DNA of 14,581 bases. Source: Candidatus Micrarchaeaceae archaeon. Its GTDB lineage: Archaea > Micrarchaeota > Micrarchaeia > Micrarchaeales > Micrarchaeaceae. The stretch covers positions 1 through 14,581 of the forward strand of contig JBEKES010000023.1 of the NCBI GenBank assembly GCA_050013715.1. The letters run 5' to 3'. Both the position numbers and the translations under genes were made by a program. Below the pieces are notes generated by a model that saw only the letters and a list, made by a program, of their open reading frames with translations, was not told where the DNA came from and searched no databases. Below, piece by piece: positions 1-8,064 of this stretch; position 1 is the stretch's first letter; the number at the start of each line of letters is the position of its first letter.

Positions 1-2
1 AT

Positions 3-2207
3 ATAGTCATATTTACTGCAAACGTAATTGGAGGCACATCTGCGTATACATACAATTTCCAAATAATAAATACTGTAACACCAACAACTGTTTTAGGGAA
101 TTATCTAGCAATAAATTCATTTACGGGGAATACTTTCTCTTGGACAATTCCAAGTGCAGATGCAGGAAACACAGTAGAAGCAAACATCATAATAACAGAC
201 AGCGCAACAACAAACGAGATAACTAATTCTATTTATTCTGGAACTTTAACGATAATAAGCGGATATACTCCTCCAACAACACCAACATTAACTTTATCTA
301 ATACATTAATTGATCAAGGACAATCAATACTGTTTACAGCAAACACAATTCCAGGCCTGGGATTGTCACCATACAGTTATGCTTACAATGTCTATGCCTA
401 TAATGTATTAAATTCTGCAAATGCGCTGATCGCAAATATGCTCTTCACAGCAAATACCTACACAAGCAACTCCTGGTTCTGGACACCAAATGCAAATCTA
501 TACGCAGGAAACACAATGTTCTATGCGAATGTAGCAATAACAGATGCACATCCAACAACAGTCAATTCTGTCGCAAATTACTTCGGTTACAACAGTTTAT
601 TGATTGCTGCTGTTCCTACGGAATCCAACGCACTGATAGATTTGGGGCAAGTGTCGCTGCTAACTGCACAACCATCAGGAGGAACACTATCCTATTCGTA
701 CAATTGGTATGCAAATTACGGTTCTAGCGTAACATGCTCAGGAACAGGAAACCAGATAAGTGGTGCAACTTCATCTACTTATCTAGCGAGTACAACTACA
801 ACAAACAGTTATGCCTATCGAGTTACTGATTCTGCTTCAGTTCATGTAAGTGCATGCTCATTAGGAAATACAATAACGGTAAATGCAATACTAAATCAAC
901 CAACAATAAGTACAAGTAACGCACTAATGGACCAAAACCAATACGCAGTAATCGCAAGTTACGAAACAGGAGGAACATTGCCTTACACGTACAACTTCCT
1001 CGTATTCAATGCTGTATCAAACACAATAGTAGCAAACATGATAACAACATCTAATTCGTTTGCATTCCAGTCAAACTCCTACTGGAACTCTAATTCACCA
1101 CTTAGGGCAAACGTATTCGTACTTGATGGCGCAACAACAAACACATTCGCAAATTCAGTAAACTCAGGAAACCTAATAGTCAATTCAATACTCATAACTC
1201 CAACAATCAGCTCATCAAACACAGTTCTTGCAGAAGGACAATATACTGTAATTGCAAGTTATGAAATAGGTGGAACACCTCCATACACTTACAACTTCCT
1301 AGTATTCAATGCTGTATCTAATGTAATAGTCGCAAACATGATCACAACAACAAATACATTCACATTACAATCAAATTCATTATGGACATCCAATTCGCCA
1401 TTAGAGGCAAACGTCCTCGTAATGGACAGCGCAACAACGAGCACATCTGTGAATTCAGTCAATTCAGGAGAAATAATAGTCAGCACAATATCATCAACAT
1501 CTACCTTATCTACCTCAACAATCTCTAATGGAGGCGGAGGTGGTGGCGGAGGCGGAGGTCTGCCATGTAATCCATATCCAGCATGCGAATCAAGCCAATC
1601 CACTACAATATCAACATCTTCTACAACATCAACTACATCAACGACAAGTACATCAACAATATTAAATAGAACTGTTACGCCATTAGCTACCTCATTTACA
1701 CTTAACGTAAGCAATGGCACTCTTTCCGTTAAGAACAATACCTCGGGTAAACTGGATACAAACTTCTCTCTGTTAAAAGATATTTCTAGACTTCCATCCC
1801 CTCCATCTGGATACTCAATATTATACTCAATAAACATAAGCTCCAAATTTACAACTCCAAGCACTGTAAGCATAACAACTAACTACCAATGTGGGATAAG
1901 CTCAAATCTTGTTGAGCCATTTCTGCTGCAGAACAACAGCTGGTATGAAATAAATCCTTATTCAATCAATTCAAATTCATGCACGGAAACATTCAATGCG
2001 CCTGGCATTTCAACAATAGCTATGTTTGTGGGATCTGGAGCGGCAAAAGTAACGATAATAACTGTATCTACAACAATACCAACAACTACAATACCATCGG
2101 AAAGTTTGTCAATTCCTATACAATATGAGGAAATTGCAGCAGCTGTTTTGATCATAGCGGTAATCATTACCCTAGCTTATTACTTAGCTATAATAAAAAG
2201 AAAATAA
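3..2207 (+). CDS. Large Thr/Ser/Asn-rich cell-surface (S-layer/adhesin-like) protein with tandem ~100-aa Ig/PKD-like modules, a poly-Gly linker, a PGF-pre-PGF-like domain and a C-terminal TM anchor; 5'-truncated by the window
   Basis: The frame of ORF 363..2207 is open back to position 3 (IVIFTANVIGGTSAYTYNF...), so the TTG at 363 is not the real start. Recurrent motif SNxLxDxGQ...GGTxPYTYNF...TDSA. G10 linker at 1530-1559. Hydrophobic helix IAAAVLIIAVIITLAYYLAII followed by KRK and TAA at 2205-2207. Confidence 0.85.
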   Translation: MVIFTANVIGGTSAYTYNFQIINTVTPTTVLGNYLAINSFTGNTFSWTIPSADAGNTVEANIIITDSATTNEITNSIYSGTLTIISGYTPPTTPTLTLSNTLIDQGQSILFTANTIPGLGLSPYSYAYNVYAYNVLNSANALIANMLFTANTYTSNSWFWTPNANLYAGNTMFYANVAITDAHPTTVNSVANYFGYNSLLIAAVPTESNALIDLGQVSLLTAQPSGGTLSYSYNWYANYGSSVTCSGTGNQISGATSSTYLASTTTTNSYAYRVTDSASVHVSACSLGNTITVNAILNQPTISTSNALMDQNQYAVIASYETGGTLPYTYNFLVFNAVSNTIVANMITTSNSFAFQSNSYWNSNSPLRANVFVLDGATTNTFANSVNSGNLIVNSILITPTISSSNTVLAEGQYTVIASYEIGGTPPYTYNFLVFNAVSNVIVANMITTTNTFTLQSNSLWTSNSPLEANVLVMDSATTSTSVNSVNSGEIIVSTISSTSTLSTSTISNGGGGGGGGGGLPCNPYPACESSQSTTISTSSTTSTTSTTSTSTILNRTVTPLATSFTLNVSNGTLSVKNNTSGKLDTNFSLLKDISRLPSPPSGYSILYSINISSKFTTPSTVSITTNYQCGISSNLVEPFLLQNNSWYEINPYSINSNSCTETFNAPGISTIAMFVGSGAAKVTIITVSTTIPTTTIPSESLSIPIQYEEIAAAVLIIAVIITLAYYLAIIKRK
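901..1480 (+). repeat. Intragenic tandem duplication, period exactly 300 bp (two 100-aa modules)
   Basis: 901-1180 aligns ungapped with 1201-1480. Hand count about 207/280 identical (~74%). Both encode YTYNFLVFNAVSNxIVANMITT. Confidence 0.95.
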
Positions 2208-2214
2208 GCATTTA

Positions 2215-2778
2215 TCACAGCCTGCCCTTCGATTCACCACTAGAAATTCCACTTGCTACTATGTGTGCTATCCTCAATGCCTCAAATGCATTGTCTGAAA
2301 AATTCTTTAGGTAATGGCTTTCCAGTTTGCTTTGGAAGAAAAGATGTCTTACTTTTAGTATTTTTACTGAAGAATAATTCTTTACTATCTTTATTCTTTC
2401 GCTTGCATCTTTTTTATGGATTCTTGAAAATTCATTCAAAGCATTAACAAGTTCTTTTGCATTCTGCCTTCTTTTGTTCAATAATATTATTTTCATTTTA
2501 AGCTTCTTTTCCAGAAAATTAGGATTTATTATATTCAAGCCTGCCAGTGCAATGCCATTGAATAGAAGAATTCTTATCTGGTCCTTGAATCTCGATTTAT
2601 TTATCATTCCTATTATTTGGTTTGTAGAATCAGTTCCATCAACGCTTATTCTTGTTGATAGCAAGCCCTCTATGTAGTTTTCCCTGAATATTATGCCAAC
2701 AAGTATTGTTTTGTTGTTTTTGAGTTTCTTGCTTATGGGGCCGCTTGCTATGGCAATAAAACGAGCGCCGCTCTTCAA
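2215..2778 (-). CDS. DUF99/UPF0215 family protein (endonuclease V/RNase H-like fold), divergent
   Basis: Family-like motifs LSTRISVDGTDST, IRILLFNGIALAGLNII and C-terminal EALRIAHIVASG. TTG start 5 bp after the rpoL stop. Confidence 0.8.
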   Translation of the reverse strand: MKSGARFIAIASGPISKKLKNNKTILVGIIFRENYIEGLLSTRISVDGTDSTNQIIGMINKSRFKDQIRILLFNGIALAGLNIINPNFLEKKLKMKIILLNKRRQNAKELVNALNEFSRIHKKDASERIKIVKNYSSVKILKVRHLFFQSKLESHYLKNFSDNAFEALRIAHIVASGISSGESKGRL

Positions 2779-2783
2779 GGAAT

Positions 2784-3050
2784 CTACTTCTTTTTCGATA
2801 ATTGGGTCTTCAATTCTGCAAAATCATCGTCAATTTTGCCTATTACATTCAATATTTCGTCCTTTGGCTTTTTGCCCTTTACAACTAGAACAGCTTTCCC
2901 TGTTTCCGGATGGTCCTTTGAAACACCTGCAAAATCAACATCGTCAATCTTGAGAAGTTCATTTGCCACAAGATCCGGAATTGTCAAGTCTGTCGTATCG
3001 AACTCCAACATAAGCTCGTTTTTCTCTTCCTTTAAAACTTTTAATTTCAG
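2784..3050 (-). CDS. rpoL: DNA-directed RNA polymerase subunit L (Rpo11)
   Basis: Core DLTIPDLVANELL...VDFAGVSKDHP resembles RpoL. In-frame extension from CTG at 3050 gives KLKVLKEEKNELMLEF, a typical RpoL N-terminus (88 aa). GGTGA lies 4 nt upstream. Follows csl4, a common archaeal arrangement. Confidence 0.85.
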   Translation of the reverse strand: MKLKVLKEEKNELMLEFDTTDLTIPDLVANELLKIDDVDFAGVSKDHPETGKAVLVVKGKKPKDEILNVIGKIDDDFAELKTQLSKKK

Positions 3051-3061
3051 TAAATCACCAA

Positions 3062-3694
3062 TTATGTCAGTATCAACAGCTTCTTTATTTCTTTGGGCTT
3101 ATTATAAAGCGTGCTTATCTTCCTGTTTTCCTTGTGCGTGCAGTCCTTGCATACCAGCAATCTTTCGCCCTTGATTTCTAATTCTCCGGAGCATTTTTCG
3201 CATTTTGCGAATATGACTCCCATTTCAGGGCCATTAAGCGCAAGAGTGTATGAATCCTTGTCATTGTATTGGACTCTTGCAAGTATTGTGTCTCCTATGC
3301 CGCACATTTTCTCTGGTTTTGGGCTAGAGAACCTGTTGCCTCCTCCATTTCTATCGAAGTGGCCTCCTCCCATTCTAGGCTTTGGAGCGATTATCTTGCC
3401 GTCCTTTAGTGCAAGGTAATCCTTGCCTTCAACGTTTATGTCATCAATTCTTACAAAAGTGACATTCTTCATATCATCAGTTACAACTCCAACTATTAGC
3501 ATGTCCCTGTCTATTATCTTGATTTCCCTGCCAGAGCAGGACACATCTATTGAACCTTCGGTTTTCATTACCTTTCCTATTACTGATGAGTAGATCAATC
3601 CGTTCTCAACGTAGGTATTGTGCCCAGCAGCGAATTCCTCTTCAGTTGCTATCTTTTCACCTGGAACAACAAATACATCATTTTCAATATTCAT
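3062..3694 (-). CDS. csl4: Exosome complex RNA-binding protein Csl4
   Basis: N-terminal VVPGEKIATEEEF..G.NTY, S1-like GDTILARV, C-terminal Zn ribbon CEKC...CKDC followed by ENRKIS. Confidence 0.92.
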   Translation of the reverse strand: MNIENDVFVVPGEKIATEEEFAAGHNTYVENGLIYSSVIGKVMKTEGSIDVSCSGREIKIIDRDMLIVGVVTDDMKNVTFVRIDDINVEGKDYLALKDGKIIAPKPRMGGGHFDRNGGGNRFSSPKPEKMCGIGDTILARVQYNDKDSYTLALNGPEMGVIFAKCEKCSGELEIKGERLLVCKDCTHKENRKISTLYNKPKEIKKLLILT

Positions 3695-3698
3695 ATTA

Positions 3699-4367
3699 TC
3701 ATTCGACTAATTCTTCCGATATGTTCTTCATTGTGTTTATGCTTCCCAATGCTCTATACACTGCAACAACTGTATTGTATTTTGCTCGTGTTCTTCCTCT
3801 TGAGAAAGCCCAGATGTCCTTGACACCTGCAAGTTCAAGCATTCGCTTTACCGGAGCGCTTGCAACTATTCCCAAGCCTCTTGGTGCCGGTTTTAATATG
3901 ACCTGAACGCTGCCGCACCTTCCCTCTACTTTGAATGGAAGGCTGTGCTTTGTGCCGCAAAGGCACTGCCAGGAACCGCAGCCCAGTATGATGGGTATTA
4001 CTCTGCCCTTTGCATCTACTATCGAGCTTTCAATTGCAGCTTTTACCTCTACGTCTTTTCCTGAACCTACTCCTACATGGCCTTTGCCATCGCCTACAAC
4101 AGCGGTTGCCCTGAATTTCATCTTTCTGTTGTTCTTTGTCATTCTTTGAACATTGGCTATTTCTATTATTTCGTTGTTCAGCTCAGGAAGCAGGGCATCT
4201 ATTATTTCCGGCTCTTCTATCCTTCTGCCAGCATGGAATACCTCTTCTATCGAAGTTACTGTTTTCGCCTTTACCTCTTTTCCCAGCTCTGTCTTCGGGC
4301 TCCATGCCTCTATGTTGAAGCGCACTTTTTCTCGTTCTCTTCCTCTATCGTTTCGTTTGAAATCCAA
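3699..4367 (-). CDS. rps5: 30S ribosomal protein uS5
   Basis: WSPKTELGKEV, VQRMTKNNRKMKFRATAVVGD, GCGSWQCLC, LKPAPRGLG. TTG start with AGTGA-N4. Confidence 0.97.
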   Translation of the reverse strand: MDFKRNDRGREREKVRFNIEAWSPKTELGKEVKAKTVTSIEEVFHAGRRIEEPEIIDALLPELNNEIIEIANVQRMTKNNRKMKFRATAVVGDGKGHVGVGSGKDVEVKAAIESSIVDAKGRVIPIILGCGSWQCLCGTKHSLPFKVEGRCGSVQVILKPAPRGLGIVASAPVKRMLELAGVKDIWAFSRGRTRAKYNTVVAVYRALGSINTMKNISEELVE

Positions 4368-4371
4368 AATA

Positions 4372-4920
4372 TCACTTGCTCATTATCTCTTTCTTTACAG
4401 AATCAAATTTCTGCTTTATTGCCTTGGCATCAAAGCCATTCTTAATATAACTTGAGAATTGTTCTTTATATTTGTTGGCATCTAATTTGGTTGCGTAATC
4501 CTGTATGTGCGAACCTGATATTCTTGCCTCGTCGAATTCTATATTGCTGTGAAGGTTCGCCCCATTGTCCTGGAAACCCTTTGCCGCAGCGAATATGACA
4601 GAGCCCTTTACCGGTCTGTACAATCCTATGTCGAGTATGTAATCCAATTTCTTGTCCTTTAATTTGCTTGCCAGCAGCATGCCAGTCAAATAAGCAGTTG
4701 GAATGTTGCATCGCGGCTCCCATCCCTTTTCCTTCAATTCCTTTGAATTTGCGCTTGCAACTATCTTGTCGCCATCTTTTTCGTAGCCTATTACCTGCAT
4801 TGTCACTGCCCTGTTGCTTTTTCTTATTACTACTCTGTTCATGTCGCTCTTGAGCGCAGCTACCCTTTTCTTGTAGTTCGTTGTTGATGTCCTTTTCCTG
4901 CGCCTTATCATTCTATGCAT
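4372..4920 (-). CDS. rpl18: 50S ribosomal protein uL18
   Basis: RRRKR..TNYKKR, RVVIRKSN, NIPTAYLTG, ILDIGL, position in the operon. Confidence 0.96.
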   Translation of the reverse strand: MHRMIRRRKRTSTTNYKKRVAALKSDMNRVVIRKSNRAVTMQVIGYEKDGDKIVASANSKELKEKGWEPRCNIPTAYLTGMLLASKLKDKKLDYILDIGLYRPVKGSVIFAAAKGFQDNGANLHSNIEFDEARISGSHIQDYATKLDANKYKEQFSSYIKNGFDAKAIKQKFDSVKKEIMSK

Positions 4921-4924
4921 AATA

Positions 4925-5398
4925 TCACACGTGCCTCAATTGGTTGAACTTTTCATCATTGATTTGAACGCCATCGTTTCTTATGTGGTTAAGCAGCGAA
5001 ACTTTATTCACGAAGTTTCCTCCCTTTACCAATGCATAATACTTCTTGAATCTGTCGTTTGCTATTATCTTCTCGGTCTTCAGCGCTGCAAGAACCCTTC
5101 TTTGGCCTCTTATTTTCTTCTTGTATTCGACTGTGCCACGCGCCTTGAGCGTTCCCTTTCTTCTGCCTATTCCCCTTCTTCTGCCCTGCTTTCTCTTTTC
5201 CTTGAGCACCTTTGAATAGGCGCTTAAGTTGTGCTTTAGCTTTGTGGTGTATATGCTCCCGTTCTTTATGAGCAAGCGTACATCCTCTCTTGTTATTGCC
5301 TTCTTTGCCTCTGCAATCATTTCAGGCTTTATGCGTATTGCGCTCTCTCCCCTTTCGGTGAGCTCGCTTGCTATTCTTTTGGTAAGTTTTATGCTCAT
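4925..5398 (-). CDS. rpl19e: 50S ribosomal protein eL19
   Basis: KRIAS, AITREDVRLLIKNG, GRRRGIGRRKG. Confidence 0.96.
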   Translation of the reverse strand: MSIKLTKRIASELTERGESAIRIKPEMIAEAKKAITREDVRLLIKNGSIYTTKLKHNLSAYSKVLKEKRKQGRRRGIGRRKGTLKARGTVEYKKKIRGQRRVLAALKTEKIIANDRFKKYYALVKGGNFVNKVSLLNHIRNDGVQINDEKFNQLRHV

Positions 5399-5763
5399 TT
5401 GTAAGCACCGTTGGTAACTCTCAATTTTGCCTTGTTTGCCAATTCAGTAATTGCTATTCTTTTCCTTATGGATACGCTCTTTGCTATGGTAACATCGGGC
5501 GATGCCATCTTTTCATGGCTTTTTATTATCTCATTTACTTCGTTGACATTGTGTACAAGCATTATCCTTTTTCCGTTGGCCCTAATTCCCTTCAATTGCT
5601 TTGGATTGCCGTACCCTATTGTTGGCTCTGCACCCATGAAGCTCTTCTTGGTTCTTTTCTTGTTGTCTATTCCTCGCTGCTTGCGCCAACGTGCCTTGAC
5701 TCTTGACCTTTTCTTTGAGCCAAAGTTCGGTACATTGAAATGCGGGTGAGTTTTCTTGTTCAT
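5395..5763 (-). CDS. rpl32e: 50S ribosomal protein eL32
   Basis: WRKQRGIDNKKR, PTIGYG, LVHNVNE. Start placed at ATG 5763 (alternative 5772). Confidence 0.95.
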   Translation of the reverse strand: MNKKTHPHFNVPNFGSKKRSRVKARWRKQRGIDNKKRTKKSFMGAEPTIGYGNPKQLKGIRANGKRIMLVHNVNEVNEIIKSHEKMASPDVTIAKSVSIRKRIAITELANKAKLRVTNGAYK

Positions 5764-5768
5764 AATAA

Positions 5769-6290
5769 TCATTCTAATTCATAGTATAATCCGTCCTGGA
5801 AGACTCTGTCGTCTTTGTTTCTTATCTTGCATGCCTTTCTGAGGTTTGCAGCCGTTTGTCCAACATCATCAAGGCTTATTCCGTATACTCTTACTGCCTG
5901 GCCCTTCACTTCTATTGTTGTTGAGCCTACAATATCTGCAGTTCTGGGAAATCTTTCCCCTATTATGTTTTTTATGAATACTGTTTTGTCCTTCACTTCA
6001 ACTGTAATCGGAAAGTGCGCAAACACTATCCTCATTTTCTTTTCGAAGTGAGCGTTAACGCCTTTTATGTCGTTTTCGAGCTCAGTTTTGAATGTGCCTT
6101 CTACCTTCACTGCCTTTTTCGCAAGTCCCTTGTCCTTTACGGAATCGATAACTATTTTCTTGTCGGATTTTGTGACCTTTATGAGCGAATCGTTGAATTC
6201 CCTTTTGTTGGTGCCCAGGCTACCCTTTACCTCGATCATGTTTCCCTTTATTTCAATGCTTGTCCCGTTGGGCACTTCTATTTCCATCAT
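5769..6290 (-). CDS. rpl6: 50S ribosomal protein uL6
   Basis: EIEVPNG, VKGSLG, FAHFPITV, VGQTAANL, DDRVFQDGLY. Likely start ATG 6290 (or 6287), after the uS8 stop. Confidence 0.96.
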   Translation of the reverse strand: MMEIEVPNGTSIEIKGNMIEVKGSLGTNKREFNDSLIKVTKSDKKIVIDSVKDKGLAKKAVKVEGTFKTELENDIKGVNAHFEKKMRIVFAHFPITVEVKDKTVFIKNIIGERFPRTADIVGSTTIEVKGQAVRVYGISLDDVGQTAANLRKACKIRNKDDRVFQDGLYYELE

Positions 6291-6300
6291 TTGATTCACA

Positions 6301-6681
6301 CTAATATACATAGGCAATAAGCCTTCCTCCTGTCTTCAATTCTCTTGCCGTTCTGTTTGTCATTATGCCCTTGGGCGTTGTAAGTATCAATATGCCGAAG
6401 TCCTTGCTTGGTATGTATCTTGACTCGTATTTCTGTATTTGCTCGTTGTGCACCGAATATCTTGGCTTTATCACTCCTATGCTGTTTATCTTGTTTGACA
6501 ATTGGACCTTCAGGTATTTTATCCTCTTCTCCTGATATTCCTCGTAATCCTTTATGTATGACTCTTTTTTCATGAGCTCCAGAACTGCCTTGAGCAGCTT
6601 TGTGGAATAGAGCGTGCACTCCATCCTTCCCAAACGCTCGTTGGTCTTTATCTTGTTAATTGCGTCAGCGAATCTATCCAT
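6301..6681 (-). CDS. rps8: 30S ribosomal protein uS8
   Basis: MDRFADAINKIK, INSIGVIKPRY, FGILILTTPKGIMT, GGRLIAYVY. Confidence 0.97.
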   Translation of the reverse strand: MDRFADAINKIKTNERLGRMECTLYSTKLLKAVLELMKKESYIKDYEEYQEKRIKYLKVQLSNKINSIGVIKPRYSVHNEQIQKYESRYIPSKDFGILILTTPKGIMTNRTARELKTGGRLIAYVY

Positions 6682-6686
6682 TATTA

Positions 6687-6845
6687 TCAACCGTATTTCT
6701 TGAATCCAATGCCCCTTGCAACTTCACGGAAGCACCTTCTGCACATGTAGAGCTTGTGTGCTCTTATCAATGCCCTTGAATTTCCGCATATTCTGCATTT
6801 TCTTATTCCTTTTCCTTTGAATTTTTCCTCCATTCGTACTTTCAT
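6687..6845 (-). CDS. rps14: 30S ribosomal protein uS14 (Zn-binding type)
   Basis: GKGIRKCRICG...MCRRCFREVA..IGFKKY. ATG 6845 lies 4 nt after the uL5 stop. Confidence 0.96.
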   Translation of the reverse strand: MKVRMEEKFKGKGIRKCRICGNSRALIRAHKLYMCRRCFREVARGIGFKKYG

Positions 6846-6849
6846 TAGC

Positions 6850-7374
6850 TCACGTTTGTTCTGTTGCACTTACATTGAATTCCTTTTTAATGTAATCTAT
6901 TATTTCCTCTTTTGTAACGTTTCTGTGCCTTGGCGGTATCTTTCCGTTCAATCTCTTCCTCAAAGCGACTCTCAATCCTTTCCTTTTGAAGGACATGTTC
7001 ACGTTCATGCCAAGCATTCCAACGTTCGGGTCATATTTTACTCCTGAAATGTCTATGTATTCAGGTATGCCGAAGCTTAAACTGTTGGTTGTTATCGAAT
7101 CGTATTTTACTCTGTTGTCAATTGCCTCAAAAAGCCTCTTTATGAGTTTTTTGGCATCATCTCCACGTACTGTTACGAATGCGCCTATCTTCTGGCCCTT
7201 TGCAATCTTGAAGCTTGGGTTTCTAGTCTTTGAGATTTCATCAGCGGTTTTTCTTCCTGTTATTATTTCTATAAGCCTTTTTGCCTTCCCCTGCTGCTGC
7301 TCATCCGGTCCGGTGCCTATGTTTATTACTACCTTGTTGATTTTTATCTCCTGCATTGGATTCTTGTATTCCAT
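6850..7374 (-). CDS. rpl5: 50S ribosomal protein uL5
   Basis: NPMQEIKINKVVINIG, IGAFVTVRG, SFGIPEYIDI, YDPNVGMLGM. Start 7374 or 7380. Confidence 0.97.
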   Translation of the reverse strand: MEYKNPMQEIKINKVVINIGTGPDEQQQGKAKRLIEIITGRKTADEISKTRNPSFKIAKGQKIGAFVTVRGDDAKKLIKRLFEAIDNRVKYDSITTNSLSFGIPEYIDISGVKYDPNVGMLGMNVNMSFKRKGLRVALRKRLNGKIPPRHRNVTKEEIIDYIKKEFNVSATEQT

Positions 7375-7376
7375 AA

Positions 7377-8054
7377 TCATTCAACTACTATGATGTTCTT
7401 CACAAGCGTTTCGAAAGAATTTCCGTTGCTCTGTTCCACAACGACTGACTTTACCTTGTGTATGTTGCCTTCGCTTATGCTCTTTATCTTGCCTGTCTTC
7501 CCCACGTGTACTCCATCTATTATCTCGCATTTTGAGCCAGCGCTTAGCTTTATTATCTTTGAAACTTTCTTATTTGCGATTGCAATGGAATCATTGACAT
7601 TCGCATCTGATTTTTCTCCCTCTTTTATTATGCTTCCATCATGAAGCCTTAGCATTATCACGTTTTTCCTGTATTTGTACTTTCCAACTATCTTGTAAAC
7701 CTGATGTTCTTCCTTCTCAATCTTTTTTATTAGGATCTGACCTCTTTCATTTATGTTTACCACATATTTTTCCTTTCCTATTTCTATGAAGTCATTGAGC
7801 CCGATTGGGTATCTTTGATTTTTTATTGTCTTGCTGTTTACCTTTACCAATCCGTTTTTTATTATCTTATCAGCTTCTCTTCTGTTTGCCGTCAAATCAA
7901 GTTTTTCAAGTACTACTGTAAGTGCTATTGATTTCTGGAGCGTATGCCTTCCAGGATTCTGCTTTATTATGTATTTGTGCTCTTTTCTGTGGACTGAGAA
8001 GTACTTAGGCGCATTGAGCCTTTTTATGTAACCGCTGCTTCCTTTGTTTCCCAT
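7377..8054 (-). CDS. rps4e: 30S ribosomal protein eS4
   Basis: IKRLNAP, PGRH, YPIGLND, LHDG, GVHVGKTG, FETL. Confidence 0.96.
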   Translation of the reverse strand: MGNKGSSGYIKRLNAPKYFSVHRKEHKYIIKQNPGRHTLQKSIALTVVLEKLDLTANRREADKIIKNGLVKVNSKTIKNQRYPIGLNDFIEIGKEKYVVNINERGQILIKKIEKEEHQVYKIVGKYKYRKNVIMLRLHDGSIIKEGEKSDANVNDSIAIANKKVSKIIKLSAGSKCEIIDGVHVGKTGKIKSISEGNIHKVKSVVVEQSNGNSFETLVKNIIVVE

Positions 8055-8064
8055 TGTATTACCA

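Noticed and set aside
901..1480. 300-bp repeat pair as a DGR template/variable repeat
   Set aside because: Mismatches are not adenine-specific and many are synonymous. Both copies are in frame in one gene and there is no reverse transcriptase in the window.
1530..1559. GGN repeat as a G-quadruplex or slippage locus
   Set aside because: Explained by a G10 linker with mixed codons; only GG runs are present.
1289..2167. Minus-strand ORFs 1289-1873 (poly-Pro) and 1958-2167
   Set aside because: Antisense shadows of the Thr/Ser/Gly-rich surface protein; the poly-Pro mirrors the poly-Gly.
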